DNA from: Octopus vulgaris
Lineage: Eukaryota
Reading direction: 5' to 3'
DNA: 64,000 nt
Assembly (NCBI GenBank): GCA_951406725.2
Contig: OX597827.1
Location: forward strand, 35,278,001 to 35,342,000
Numbering within the stretch: position 1 is the stretch's first letter; every line of letters starts with the position of its first letter. Below are positions 1-13,710 of this stretch, one piece after another. The position numbers were made by a program, and so were the translations under genes. The notes beneath the pieces were generated by a model. It was given only the letters and a program-made list of their open reading frames with translations, made no database searches and was not told the DNA's origin.

Positions 1-2337
1 GCCACACTGTTAGGATGGCTTCCCTTGTTGTGTAACTTCCAGCTGTTTGTATTCTAACAGTAACACCTATGATAATACTGATACCAAGCTGTGTCAGAAC
101 TAAAGTGGTGGCCTTTTCTTTGAATAACACTGGTGGTGTAGAGAGGGAGGAGAGACTTGCATACATGACTAATTGCCAATATTTCACTAAACACCATGCC
201 CAGGCTGGCAAGATGCAGATACTTAGTCAACACTGAACAATGGCACCTATTTCTAAGCTATTAGGTTTCAACTTACTATTGCTCAATATCAGCCTCTCCC
301 TCATTATAGAGTCGTTTAAAAAATTTCTACAAGCCCATATGAAATCTTCTGCTTACATCACTGGGTAAATGCTTAGCAGCATTTCATCCATCTTCACATT
401 TTGAGTTGAAATTCTGCTGAGATTGACTTTGCCTTTCATCCTTTCAGGGTTGATAAAATTAGTATCAGTTGAGTCCTGGGATCAATGTAATCAACTTATC
501 CCCTCTCCTGAAATGGCTGGCCTTGTGCTAAAATTTGAAACCAATATCAGCATGTGTTTCTTGCAAAGCAGCTAGATATTCCAGTTGTTCTTTGGTTTAT
601 TCTGATTCACCTGGAAGTAAAAGAAGGCTTTTTAAAAATATCTTATGGGGTTTAGTGAGAGGAAGAAAGTAGAGCCTTTGACCCTTACTAGTGTTTCTCA
701 GACTGGTAAGAAGAGTGGAAGTTGTCTTCTAATTGGAGACTGGTCTGTATACTTGTAACAGGGTGAGCACTACTATAGAGACTCAAGAGCCATGTGGTGG
801 AGATGGTGTTAATTTGGGCAAGGATTAAATCTATCATCCAGGAACAGGATCAGTCCCTCTGACAGTCTTCCAAACAATTTTTGCTTATTGAATATCAGCC
901 ACAATATTTTGGTCAACGCGAAGCTTTTGTAGAAGTCTCTTGCCCAAAATGCTGTTCGGTGGGATTACTGGGAAGGACAGCATCAAAACAATCTTCTTAA
1001 CCACTACACAGCCATATCTGCATTCATTACAATGTTCTCTGTAAACTGGCTGAGGATTTTACTGCCAACATGCATCAATTTATTGTGGTAGATTCCCACT
1101 GTTTTTATGTACTGAGTCTAGAGGAAGGGGCAGTGCAGATCAAGAGGTGCTATCATTAGCTCATTAACCAGAAAAGACATTACCAGTTGGGCTTTCAGTA
1201 CTCTTAAGTGTTCTAACTAACGACCATCTGTAAGTTTTTACCACATGAAATAAGACTGTGTTTTTCATGAAGGGGCCCTCTGAACTACTGAGCTTGATGC
1301 TATTGATGTTTCATTTGAACTGTTGCAGGTCAGCCTTGTAGAAAAGATATGAGTGGGGAGGAGATTCCAGTGGGATAAAGACTGGAGAGGAAGGTCTAGT
1401 GCAAGGTGGTTAGTGCAAGGCCAGGAGCAAGTGGGTGGGGACAGATGCAACAAAAGTGATGGGAGGTGGAGAGATGAGTGAGTTGGGCCTGTCATTATTG
1501 GTGGAGGTACTTGACCAGCCACTACCGAATTGTTAGTGCATTGGACAAAATCCTTTGTGGTATTTCTGCTGACTTACTACAATCTGAGTTCCAATTCAAC
1601 CGGGGTCAACTTTGCGTTTAATCACTCTGGGATCAATAAGATAGGTACCAGTGTCATACTGGAGCTGATAGTATCAACTAAACCCCTCCTCTCAAGCATG
1701 CTGGCCTTGCACCAAAATGTGAAACCATTATAATAGCAATATGAAGAAGGATCAGAACACCTGTGAGCTAGATGCTAGGGTGTATCCCTTTGTGATTGAA
1801 TTCCAATTAGTTGAATGGCCCTATTTACAACACACATTATTTAGTTGACAGGTAGTCAATATAGATTTGAGAAGATATTAAGGACAGGTTGAACTGAGAT
1901 CACTTGTTCCATAAAGGACAAAAAGTTTCATGTGGACTAAAGTCAAGATTTTTATATATGTTCCTTTTCTTATCAGGCAGATGAGGGAGATGAGCTAATA
2001 GATGTAAGTTTCTTTGATATCATAGAGGGCTTTTAATGGCCAAACTGTATTGGGTTACTTGCACTGCAGCATACAGAGTCCATGTCATCTCTGTTAGAAC
2101 AATTAATTGTATTTAATTGAATTATAGTTATTCAGTATATGTGGTTATGAAGTTCACTCTACACTCATGTTAAGTGAACCCACCATGTAGCACCTTGAGC
2201 AAGTGTTTACACACGTACACACATGCACATGTATGTATGTGTGTATGCATCTATGTATATACACATATGTACATATATGTATACACACATACACGTGCAT
2301 ATGTGTAAATACACACACACATGTATATATGTATGTA

Positions 2338-2396
<59 letters not shown>

Positions 2397-2723
2397 CATA
2401 CATTTTCATCATATTGAACCATTAATCTCCACACGTTTTCTCTCTCTCTTTTCTTTTTGTTCTCTTTCCATTTTTTTCCCACTCAGTCCTTTTTGTCGAA
2501 GAGCAAAGCGTCGAAATATCAAAGACTTTTCCATTCTTCCTCAGCATCAAACTAATACACCTGCTTGTGGTTCCCTCACGTATCTTCGTCTTTTGTTTTC
2601 TGTAAATTTGGACTGTCTGTCTGTCTGTCTGTCTGTATCTATCTATCTATGTATGTATGTATGTATGTATGTATGTATGTATGTCTATCTATCTATCTCT
2701 CTCTCTCTATATATATATTTGTA

Positions 2724-2758
<35 letters not shown>

Positions 2759-2818
2759 ATATATATATATATATATATATTTAAAAAAAGGAGATGTCGA
2801 ACACGAGTGGTGATATAT

Positions 2819-3028
2819 AAAAAGGAAATGAAGAAAATGCTGACAAATAATTGAAGTAATTTAAGTAATTTAATTAGGTGAAAGTTCTTTTTACCGGTTG
2901 CGCATTTGTTATGCTTATCAAAATTTTGATAAGCATAACAAATGCGCAACCGGTAAAAAGAACTTTCACCTAATTAAATTACTTAAATTACTTCAATTAT
3001 TTGTCAGCATTTTCTTCATTTCCTTTTT
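2819..3028. repeat. Perfect 210-bp palindrome (no spacer)
   Basis: Centre caaaa|ttttg at 2923/2924, with 105-bp arms. Confidence 0.92.
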
Positions 3029-3077
3029 TATATATATATATATATATACGTATGTATGTATGTATGTATGTATGTAC

Positions 3078-4020
3078 ATCATCTTCATAATCTTTAATGT
3101 CCAATGTCCATGCTGGCATGGGTTGGACTGTTTGACCAGGGCTGATAAGCTGAGGAGCTTCACCAGACTCCAGTCTGATTTTGCATGGTTTCTGTGACTG
3201 GATGCCTTTCCTAATGCCAACCACTCCAAGAGTGTAATGGGTGCTTTTATGTACCACCAGCATGGGTGTCAGTTGTGTGACACCAGTATCTGCCATGACT
3301 GCATTTTACTTGGCTTGATGGGTCTTCTTCTCAAGCATGATGTACTGCCAAAGGTCTCAGTCATTTGCCATTGCCTCTGTGAGGCCCAATGCTCGAAAGG
3401 TGCTTTATACATACTACCAGCACAGGCACCAGTTATGCAACACTAGCATCAGCCATATTGCCTTGCAAGGCCCAATGCTTGACAGGTGCTTTTTACATGC
3501 TACTGGCACAGATGCCAGATGCTTCCATGAGGCCCAACCCTTGAAACATGCTGTTTACATGCCACCAGCGCTGGTGCCAGTTATCTGACACTGGTATCAG
3601 CCACATTGCCTCTGTGAGGCCCAATGTTCAACAGGTACTTTTTACTTGCTAGTTTTGTGACACTGGCATTAGACAAGCCTATGATTTCACTTAGCCTATG
3701 GGTCTTCTCAAGCATGGTTTATCGCCAAAGGTCTCAGTCACTAGTCATTGCCTCCATGAGGACCAACATTTGAAGATCATGCTTTACCACCTCGTCCTAT
3801 GTCTTCCTGTGTCTACCTCTTCCACAAGTTCCCTCCACTGTTAGAGATTGGTACTCCTTTACACAGCTGTCCTCATCCATATCCATCACATGACATACCA
3901 GTGTACTTGTCTCTCTTGTTCACATCTGATGCCGCTTGTGCCTAACTTTTCTCTCAAGATGCTTACACCATGTCATACATGCACACTGACATTGCACATT
4001 CAGTAAAGCATGCTAGCACA
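3078..4020 (-). mobile_element. 3' end of the same RTE family (ORF end plus UTR with internal gtgccagtggcatgtaaaaagcacc repeats)
   Basis: Reverse-complement similarity to 9550-10330. Confidence 0.72.
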
Positions 4021-4046
4021 CTTGTATATATATATATATGTATGTA

Positions 4047-4083
<37 letters not shown>

Positions 4084-4289
4084 GGAGGTGCAATGGCCCA
4101 GTGGGTAGCGGACTCACGGTCGTAGGATCGCGGGTTCGATTCCCAGACCGGGTGATGTGAGTATTTATTGAGCGAAAACACCTAAAGCTCCACGAGGCTC
4201 CGGCAGGGAGTGTTGGCAATCCCTGCTGTACTCTTTCACCGCAACTTCCTGTGTGTCGGTGTATATATATTTGTGTGTGGAAAATATGC

Positions 4290-5265
4290 AGGTACAATAA
4301 GCACTAAAAATGTGCTGACAATAGACAAGCTAGTCTCTGTTGCATGGAAGAGCAAGTTAGCAGTGGTGGAGGAAGTTCTGAAAGTATAGTTACAAGAATA
4401 AGAACATGCTGGGCAAAGTTCAGAGAGCTTCTACCTTTGTTGGCAACTAAGGGCCTCTCCCTCAGAGTAAAAGGCAGAATGTATGATGTCTGTGTTCGTA
4501 CAACTATGTTACATGGCAGTGAAACATTGGCTTTGGCTACAGAGGATTTGCAAAGGCTTGAAAGAAATGAAGCTAGTATGCTCTGCTGGATGTGTGCAAG
4601 AGAGTAGACTATATTGTTTTAGTCATGTGATGTGTATGGATGAGGACACCCACATAAAGAAGTGCAAAGCTCTAATTTTAGAAAGGTCAGGCTGAGGATA
4701 TGTACTAAGAGGATCTTCAGACGCTGGGTCTCACTGAGGAAATGACAAGGTACTAGATGTGGTGATATGTTGTACTTGGTGGCGAGCTGGCAGAAATGTT
4801 AGCACACCAGGCGAAATGCGTAGCCGTATTTTGTCTGCTGTTACGTTCTGAGTTCAAATTCTGCCAAGGTCGACTTTGCCTTTCATCCTTTCGGAGTCGA
4901 TAAATTAAGTACCAGTTACGCCCTGGGGTCGATGTAATTGACTTAATGCGTTTGTCTGTCCTTGTTTGTCCCCTCTGTGTTTAGCCCCTTGTGGGTAGTA
5001 AAGAAATAGATATGTTGTACTTGACAAGACGTGTTAAGCTAAGTAAAATTGCCATCTTCCACACATCTAGGCTTGTCATCTCAGGTGCTGGTGCCACATA
5101 AAAAGCACCCATACTGGTGGTGTGTAAACACACCTGTACTGGTGGCACATTAAGAGCACCCAGCAGGCATGGAAACCATACCACAACAAGCATTTGGAGT
5201 CTGTTCAGCTCCATGTCAAACCATCTGGCCCATGCCAGCATGGAAAGTAGATGTTAAATGATGAT
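4290..5265 (+). mobile_element. RTE fragment interrupted by a SINE
   Basis: SSGGGSSESIVTRIRTCWAKFRELLPLL...LHGSET. A SINE is inserted at ~4778-5010. Confidence 0.72.
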
Positions 5266-5275
5266 ATATATATGC

Positions 5276-5600
5276 TGACCCCCTTCGGCCATGACTGACC
5301 ATGGAATTACACCTAGAAAGTTACCCTCCCAGGCACAAATCTGGGTAAGGTGGTTTATGGAAGACCAGCAGTCACCCATGCATATCGGCATCCCCTCGCC
5401 ACACCACAAGTGTTATCCAAGGGAAAGGCAAAGGCCGATACAGCTTGGCACCTGTGACATCACAACTCATTTCTACAGCTGAGTGAACTAGAGCAACGTG
5501 AAATAAAGTGTCTTGCTCAAGAACACGACACGCAGCCCAGTCCGGGATTCAAACTCACTACCTCATGATCGTAAGCTTGACACTCTAACCACTGAACCAT
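5276..5600 (-). mobile_element. tRNA-derived SINE family D
   Basis: Minus-strand tRNA head (ggttcagtggttagagtg...gagtttgaatcccgg). A second copy lies at 39462-39775. Confidence 0.72.
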
Positions 5601-5602
5601 AT

Positions 5603-5634
<32 letters not shown>

Positions 5635-5713
5635 GTATATGTATGTATATTTATTTATTTATCATATATAAATATGTATACATACATATAAATATATATA
5701 CATACATATATAT

Positions 5714-5758
<45 letters not shown>

Positions 5759-5814
5759 CATACACATATTCATATACATACATTCATATATATATTTATA
5801 TATATATACATGTA

Positions 5815-6353
5815 CGAGGGGGGGCCCAAAAGTAACCAGAAATGTATGTGGGACAAGCCTGTTGTAGTTCAGGCGTCTGCTACTAGAAGCCACTTGATGC
5901 AGACCTCAGGTATCAGTCTGCTGACTGGCGTCTCTGGCTGGAGTCATACTGCCATGTGGTGTGTCTTTGTTTTCCAGTGCTTCTCCCCTGTTTGTTGATT
6001 TTTGCAATTGCTGAAACAAAGGAACAGTCTGCTTCTGTGAAATTCTATTTTCTGCTGGAGAAAATGGCAGCTGAAACAGATGTCATGCTTCAGACAGCTT
6101 ACAAGGACGCTGCCATGAGCAAAACACAAGTTTACAAGTGGTTTCCATGCTTTAGGAATGGTCACTTGTTGCTTGAAGACCAACCCCGTTAAGGATGTTT
6201 GTTGACCTCCCAAACTAATGAAAACTCCATGAAAATTGATCTTAGAGGACCATCACCGAACAATTGATGGACTTGTTGATATGACTGGTGTGTCTTGGAG
6301 CTTCTACCAATGAATATATTGCAAAATTTTGGTTTCTTTTGGGTACCTCTTTG
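5815..6353 (+). mobile_element. Internally deleted mariner element
   Basis: TA-flanked imperfect TIRs (cgagggggggcccaaaagtaaccagaa / ttttggtttcttttgggtacctctttg). HTH remnant EQSASVKFYFLLEKMAAET..MLQTAYKD.AMSKTQVYKWF..F.NG...LEDQPR. Confidence 0.78.
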
Positions 6354-6624
6354 TACACATACATATACATACATGCATACTTGACTGCTAAATCCACAAG
6401 TTTTTTTATTCTCTCTTTACTCTTTTTACTCTTTTACTTGTTTCAGTCATTTGACTGTGGCCATTCTGGGGCACTGCCTTTTAGTTGAAGAAATTGACCC
6501 TAGGACTTATTCTTTGTAAGCCTAGTACTTATTCTATTGATGTCTTTTGCTGAACTGCTAAGTTATGGGGACATAAACACACCGACATTGGTTGTCAAAT
6601 GATGGGAGGACAAACACAAGCACG

Positions 6625-6680
<56 letters not shown>

Positions 6681-6998
6681 ATGAGCTTCTTTCAGTTTCC
6701 ATCTGCCAAATCCACTCAAGGCATTGATCAATCTGAGGCTATAGTGGAAGACACTTGCCCAAGTTGCCACGCAGTGGGACAGAACTTGGAACCATAAGGT
6801 TGGGAAGCAAGCTTCTTACCATACTGCCGCTCCTGCATCTGTTTATTTTCTCTTATTCTTTTCTGTTGAAGAGCATAAGCTTGAAACATAAAAGACTTTT
6901 TCACTTTCCCAAGAGTGAAACTAATACACCTGCTTGTTGTTCATACACCTGTCTTCATCTTTTGTTTTTTATGAATTTCAGCTATAGATATATATATA

Positions 6999-7845
6999 CA
7001 GGGTGCGATGGGTAAATTGTCACCATATTATATTTTAATTTCATACATACACATTGTTTGTTTATGATTTTGTCGACTATACAGTATTGTCGGGTCAGTT
7101 GGAGACCATCTGTGAGAAAAACAGCACCATGACACAATTCACTCTGCCAGAAATGTGGAAACGATATGCTGTACTCCAATATGAACATTTCTGTGTGTTT
7201 GGGTGTCAAACTGAGGACAGCGCAAGCTGAGGACATGTACTGAGAGTGATGAAAATCAAACCTCCAGTCAACATTATGGCATTTGGTGTGATCACTAGTG
7301 ATGGTGACGTTATGCCTCCATTCATCTTCCCACACGGCCTGAGACTGAACACAGAGGCACTACCTGGAGGTGGTAGTGCTGCCCAGGGTCAAGAGGGTGA
7401 CTGCTGGAAGACCCTATGTCTGTCAACAGGACTCAGCATCATACCACACAAGAAGGAGAACCCAGTCATGGCTGTCAGACAATTTCTGCAACCACATTAC
7501 CCCTGACATCTGGCCACCTAACTCCCCAGACTGCAACTGCCTTGATTATTATGTGTGGAGTGCAGTTGAGCTAGAGACCAACAAAACTGAAAGATGAACT
7601 GAAGGCAAGGATTATGGCAGCATTCACTGACTTAAACAAGGAGACCATCCAGAAAAGTTGCAGGAGATTCCGAGGTCATCTGGAGGCCGTGGTTGGAGCC
7701 AATGGCAATTTTATTGAATAAATTTACTCTTTAGTATTTAAAGATATTTTTTATGTAATTTTGGTAAATATATCTGTTAAAATGAGATGTCAGTGTTATT
7801 TTCATTTTTGCATCATTTAGACAACAGTTTATTCACTGAACCCTG
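6999..7845 (+). mobile_element. Tc1/mariner (maT/DD37D-like) deleted element
   Basis: TA|CAGGGTG...CCCTG|TA ends. Motifs MAFGVITSDGDVMPPFIF, QQDSA..HT...TQSWL and WPPNSPDCN.LDYYVW. Confidence 0.82.
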
Positions 7846-7848
7846 TAC

Positions 7849-10330
7849 AGGGCTATTAGGGAAAAGAAATAGATATGGAAGGACTGGAAGTGTGGTGATA
7901 GCAGGGAACTGTATCAGACTGCCAGAAGGGAAGCTAGGAGACAGGTTTACTTAACAAGAGGGGAAGCACAGATAAGAAAAATTTGCCAATGTTCAGCGTT
8001 GTGAGAACCAGAGACTTGAAGTGTTTCATATTGCAAAACAGTATGTGAGAGAGAATCGTGATGTCATAGGAGATAAAAATGTGTCTGCATAGATGATGGC
8101 TCACTTGCATTTAATGATGCTGCGAAGAGAGAGACTTGGAGACACCACTATGAAAGGTTGCTAAATTAAGGGAACGAATGGGAGAAAGAGAGTCTGTCAA
8201 ATGTCGACCGAACAGAAGGATCAGCTATTTGAATTGACAGTACCTTGGTAGATAAAGCAATTAAGGGTATCAAGACAGGAAAAGCCCCCAGCCCATCAGG
8301 AATCACTGCTGAGATGGTTAAGATGTCAGGCAGTGTAGGCTGTAGTCTAGTCACTTGTATAGTCAACCAGGTGATACATGAAGGAGTCATACCCAATGAC
8401 TGGTGTAGCAGCACCATAGTCAACTACTACAAAGGTAAAGGTGACACATTAGACAGGAGTAACTATGGAGGTATTAAGTTATTAGATCAGGTGATGAAAG
8501 TCACAGAGAGGGTCATAGCCCAACTAATTAGGGAGAGAGTTAGTTTAGATGAGATGCAGTTTAGGTTTGTGTCAGGGAGAAGCACCATTGATGCTATTTG
8601 TCTGGTAAGACAGCTGCAGGAGAAATACCTAACCAAAGATAAACTTCAATACTTGGTTTTCATTGACACGGAGAAAACCTTTGACAGGATCCCTTGATCC
8701 CTTGTCTGGTGGTCATTGCAGAAACTAAGGATAGATGAGTGGTTGGTGAGATCTGTACAAGCCATGTACAGGGATGCTGTCAGTAAGGTTAGGGTTGGCA
8801 ATGAAGAATTCCAGATAGAAGTAGGGGTTCATCAAGGATCAGTCCTCAGCCCCCTCTTACTCATCATAGACTTCCAGGCAGTAAAAGAGGAATTCAAGAC
8901 AGGCTGCCCCTGGGAGCTCCTCTATACTGATGTCCTTGCTCTAATAGCTGAGTTACTACCAGAACTAGAGAAGAAGTTTCAGGTGTGAAAACAAGGTCTA
9001 GAATCGTAGGGCCTTAGAGTCAATCTAGCAAAAACCAAAGACTTAGTAAGTATAAAGCAGACAAATCACAAATCCCGTCAGGTAGATGGCTCTGCTCAAT
9101 CTGTAGAAAAGGCGTAGGTAGAAACTCCTTAAGTTGTACCCAGTGTAAGCTATAAACACATAAGAGGTGCAGCAATATCAAGGGAAGGTTAACTGGGAAG
9201 ATAGTTTTTGTGTGTGGCAGATGCACAGGGGCAATAGGCACCGAAGATGTACAGAAGACAGATTCCATCACATGCCAGGGGAAAAACCAGAAGTAGTTGA
9301 TAGCTTCCATTACTTAGATGACCAAGTCAGTAGCAGGAGGTAGATACTCTGAGAGCATAGCTACTAGAATAAGAATAGCTTGGGCAAAGTTCAGAGAGCT
9401 CCTACCTCTGCTGGTAACAAAGGGCCTTTCACTCAGAGTGAAAGATAGATTGTATGATGCATCAGTGCTAATAACTATGCTACATGGCATTGAAACATGG
9501 GCTGTGACTGCTGAGGACATGTGTAGCCTTGGAAGAAATGAAGCTAGTATGTTCTGCTGGATGTGTTATGTCAGTGTGCATATATGACAGAGTGTAAGCG
9601 CCCTGAGAAAAAAGTTGGACATAAGAAACATCAGATGTGGTGTGCAAGAGAGATAACTGTGCTGGTATGGTCATGTGTTGTGTATGGATGAGGACAGCTG
9701 TGTGAAGAAGTGTCACACCCTAACAGTGGAGGGAACCTGTGGAAGAGGTAGACCCTGGAAGACATGGGATGAGGTGGTGAAGCTCTACCGTTGAACGTTG
9801 GGCTTCACAGAGGCAATGACAAGTGACTGAGACCTTTGGAGATATGCTGTGCTTGAGAAGATCCAGCAAGCCAAGTGAGATCGTAGCCATGGCCGATGCC
9901 AGTGTTGCATAACTGGCACATTTAAAAGTACTTTTGAATCATCGGGCAATATGCTGTGATTTAGAAGACCTATTGAGTCAAGTGAAATCGTAGTTGTGGC
10001 TGATGCCCATTACGCCTGGCACATAGAAAGCACCATTTGAGCGTGGTCTATGCCAGTGGTGCCTGACTGGCTCCCATGCTGGTGGCACATAGTACGCACC
10101 ATTTGAGTGTGGTCAATACCTGTGCCACCTCACTGACCCCCATGCTAGTGGCATGTAAAAAGCACCTATTACACTCTCAGAGTGGTTGGCATTAGGAAGG
10201 GCATTTAGTTGTAGAAACCTTGCCAGATCAGATTGGAACCTGGTACAGCTTCCTGTCTTGCCAGTCCTCAGTCAAACCATCCAACCCATGCCAGCATGGA
10301 AAGCGGACGCTAAACGATGATGATGATGAC
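7849..10330 (+). mobile_element. RTE-clade LINE, 5'-truncated and frameshifted, with 3' UTR and (TGA)n tail
   Basis: RT motifs KTGKAPSPSGITAEM, YYKGKGD..DRSNYGGIKLL, DEMQF.FVSGRSTIDAI, GVHQGSVLSPLL, WELLYTD and RIRIAWAKFREL. Ends in cgatgatgatgatgac. Confidence 0.88.
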
Positions 10331-10599
10331 TGTAGTCCAGGTGAAGCTTCTTGTCCTCTGTGGAGTGGTGATTTCAGTTCACTCTATCTTTAATATCTGC
10401 ACAACAAATCTATATTGACTATCTGCTAACTAAATATGTGTTGTTGTAAATAGGGCCTCTTAGCTAACTGGAATTCAGTCACTAAGGAATACGCTCTAGC
10501 CTCTGGTTTACAGATACTCTGTTCCCTCTTCCTATTGCTCACCCCCCTGGTAAATGGCCCTGCTTGATATGTCAGAAGGCTGTAGGCAGAAATTTTGTT

Positions 10600-11050
10600 C
10601 AGTCTACCCAATGCAAGCTATGGACATGCAAGAAGTGCAGTGGAATAGAAGGAAGGTTAACAAAGTAAGTATTGTTTGTATGTGGATTATGTACTGGAGC
10701 CATAAAGACTGCAGATACACTGAAAACTGATTTCCTCAAATGTCCTGGTGGCTCTCTGTAAGTTATAAATTTTGCTTCCTAGGTGATCTAATTAGCAGTG
10801 GAAGTGAGTTGCTAAATAAGAATAGGACGGAGCAAGTTCAGAGAGTCTTTACCTCTGTTGGCAACCAAAGGTCTCTTTCACTGAGTGAAGGGAAGATTGC
10901 ATGATGCATGTGTACAAACTGTGATGCTGCATGGTAGTAAGACATGGGCCTTGATGCAAAGGCTGGAGAACAAAGAAGCTGGTTTCCTCCACTGGATGTG
11001 TGATGTCAGTGTACATGTATGACAGCATAAGTGTATTGAGAGAGAAGTTG
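10600..11050 (+). mobile_element. RTE fragment
   Basis: Similarity to 9130-9620. Confidence 0.62.
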
Positions 11051-11559
11051 TATATAATTCTGCAGTGTGTGTATATATTTATTTATGCACTCTTTTCAAG
11101 CCTAGCCAGGCTCACGGGCCCGGTTTCTGTGCTGTATGTCCCCACCCCCCAGCTGAATGGGATGCCAGTCCATCACAGCATTACCCAAGAAACAGGAAGA
11201 AAGAGTGAGAGAAAGAGTACAACAGGGGTTACCACCACCCCCTGCTGGAGCCTTGTGGAGCTTCAGGTGTTTTCACTCAATAAATACACACAACGCCCGG
11301 TCTGGGAATCGAAACTGCGATCCTCCAACCATGAGTCCACTGCCTTAACCACTGGGCTATTGTGCCTCCACACACACACACACACACACGTGTGTGTGTA
11401 TGTATATACAATTTAAACATCAAACTATTTTGGTAGGTTTGGGAAAAATAAGCACATAATATATTTAGTCAAGTGTTAATACTAGTGTATGTAAACAGGA
11501 AGAAAGATTAAGCTTACTAATTTTAGATAGTTACTATAATTAATTGTCCGTATTATACT

Positions 11560-12804
11560 GTGAAAACACGTACTTGAGTCTGTGGTTACATCTTATAATT
11601 CTGTCATAGCATCTATTGACTAAATTCTCTTCACTCAGTAAAATTCACAGGGATTCCTCCAAGCATAGATGGCAATTTCTCGAAAAAGTATCATACAAGT
11701 GTACATTTTTTATTATGGACCAATATATATGTATATAATTTATTCCTTCTTCTTTTAATCTCCATTTGAAGTCTGGTAGAATACCTCTTATGAATTCTGT
11801 TGAAACAGGCAGCATGGTTGTGATATCAGTTTGTGAAAAAATCCACAGATACCCCTGTATACACATATGTGCCTCATCTGGTACTCTCTTTGCATTTGTA
11901 TACTTTGTTATGACACCTGCATTGGTTTTGTAGAGGACATACTTTTTTGTCTCTACCAATGCAGGTGTCATAACAAAGTATACAAATGCAAAGAGAGTAC
12001 CAGATGAGGCACATATGTGTATACAGGGGTATCTGTGGATCTTTTCACAAACTGATATCACAACCATGCTGCCTGTTTCAACAGAATTCATAAGAGGTAT
12101 TCTACCAGACTTCAAATGGAGATTAGAAGAAGAAGGAATAAATTATATACATATATATTGGTTCTTTAGTTCTCTATTCATTGTTTTGTTATTCTTTTTT
12201 CTTCCATTCCTACTATTTCTTGTTTTCTTTCATCATTATGTGGCCCTAACTGCTATTATGAGTATCATGAGCATTCAAATTTTCAACATATTCACTGTCA
12301 GCAGTATTTTCTTTGTATTTCCTTATACTATTAATTCCATTGTATTTATTAGAACATGCTTCATTTGTTTCTTCCTTATTATCAGAGTCCTTATTAGATA
12401 AATTATCTTTTATTGTCTCCTCACTAACTGTGTTATTTATCTTCTGATCTAATTTCATATTATTAATTTTATGTATATAGTATTCTAGGTTATTCACTGT
12501 GTGCCTGCTAGAAATTTTGTGTATCTATTAGATTTGGAAAACATTTATCCAATGCGGTAAAGAATTCCCTAGCAATCCCTGATGATATTTGTAATCTATA
12601 GGTAAGATTATGCCACAGAACATCTAATTTCTTATACTTTTTGTTCACTCTATTGTTTCTAATATATGCTGTGGAAGCATGACGGAAGCTAAACGATGAT
12701 GATGATGAAGCATCACCATTTAATGGGTTATATTTCAACTTCCTATTTTGGTGTTCCTTATTTTCAGTTCCTATTTTATTTTTATTATATTTTTTCTTAT
12801 TCAT
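11560..12804 (-). mobile_element. Decayed Penelope-like element (post-RT linker and GIY-YIG C-terminus) with internal inverted duplication
   Basis: VLWHNLTYRLQISSGIAREFFTALDKCFP resembles the PLE IWFNPPYS...IGK.FL.LIDKHFP motif. WSIIKNVHLYDTFSRNCHLCLEE resembles the PLE C-terminal CxLCxxEK motif. Confidence 0.68.
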
Positions 12805-13089
12805 AGCTTATTGTGACCATCTCCCTCTATTTTGTATTTATAATTGTGTGCCTTTATGTGAGGTTTAGTTTCCTTAGTATTGTAGCCACTAGAGTTAACT
12901 ATATTATTATATTCATATATATTATTTTATTTTTATTTATAAACTCTATGCAGACAAAGAAATTCCTGAAGTAAATCCAGTGGCATACTCCTCCATACTG
13001 TAGTTGGCATCAGGTAGTTGAACAGCATACTTCAAGGTGCATATACTAATATAAAATTATCACACACATACACAAATCAAATGGAAATT

Positions 13090-13417
13090 GTAATTGTGAT
13101 ACCTGTGCCGGTGGCACGTAAAAAGCACCATCCGAACATGGCCAATGCCAGTGCCACCTTGACTGGCTTCCGTGCCGGTGACACGTAAAAAGCACCAACC
13201 GATTGTGGCTGTTGCCAGCCTCCTCTGGCACCTGTGCCGGTGGCATGTAAAAAGCACTACACTCACAGAGGAGTGGTTGGTGTTAGGAAGAGCATCCAGC
13301 TGTAGAAACACTGCCAGATCAGACTGGAGCCTGGTGCAGCCTCCTGGCTTCCCAGACCCCAGTCGAACCGTCCAACCCATGCTAGGATGGAAAACAGACG
13401 TTAAACGATGATGATGA
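13090..13417 (+). mobile_element. RTE 3'-UTR-only copies (SINE-like), representative
   Basis: gtgccggtggcacgtaaaaagcacc repeats plus ttaggaagggcatccagctgtagaaa plus a (TGA)n tail. Others at ~16267-16442, 33902-34480 and 41714-42070 (-). Confidence 0.75.
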
Positions 13418-13670
13418 CATTCACACACACACGTGTGTGTGTTTGTCCCCCATTACTGATTGATAACTGGTATTTGTAGGTCCCATAACTTGACACTTCA
13501 GTAAAAGAGACTGGAAGAATAAATATCAGGCTTTACAAAACAATAATATGTTTACTGGGGTCGATTCATCTGACTAAAATTCTTCAAGGTGATGCCCCAG
13601 CATGGCCACAGTCTAATGACTGAAACAAGTAAAAGATATGTTTGTGTGTGCATGCATGCACGTGCATGTG

Positions 13671-13704
<34 letters not shown>

Positions 13705-13710
<6 letters not shown>

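Noticed and set aside
2154-2854. Many ORFs rich in YI/CV/HT dipeptides (also 5601, 28811-29458, 30500-31170, 52005-52428, 56062-56855, 58475-58738, 60767-61229)
   Set aside because: Translations of TA/TG/TATG microsatellites, which lack stop codons; not genes.
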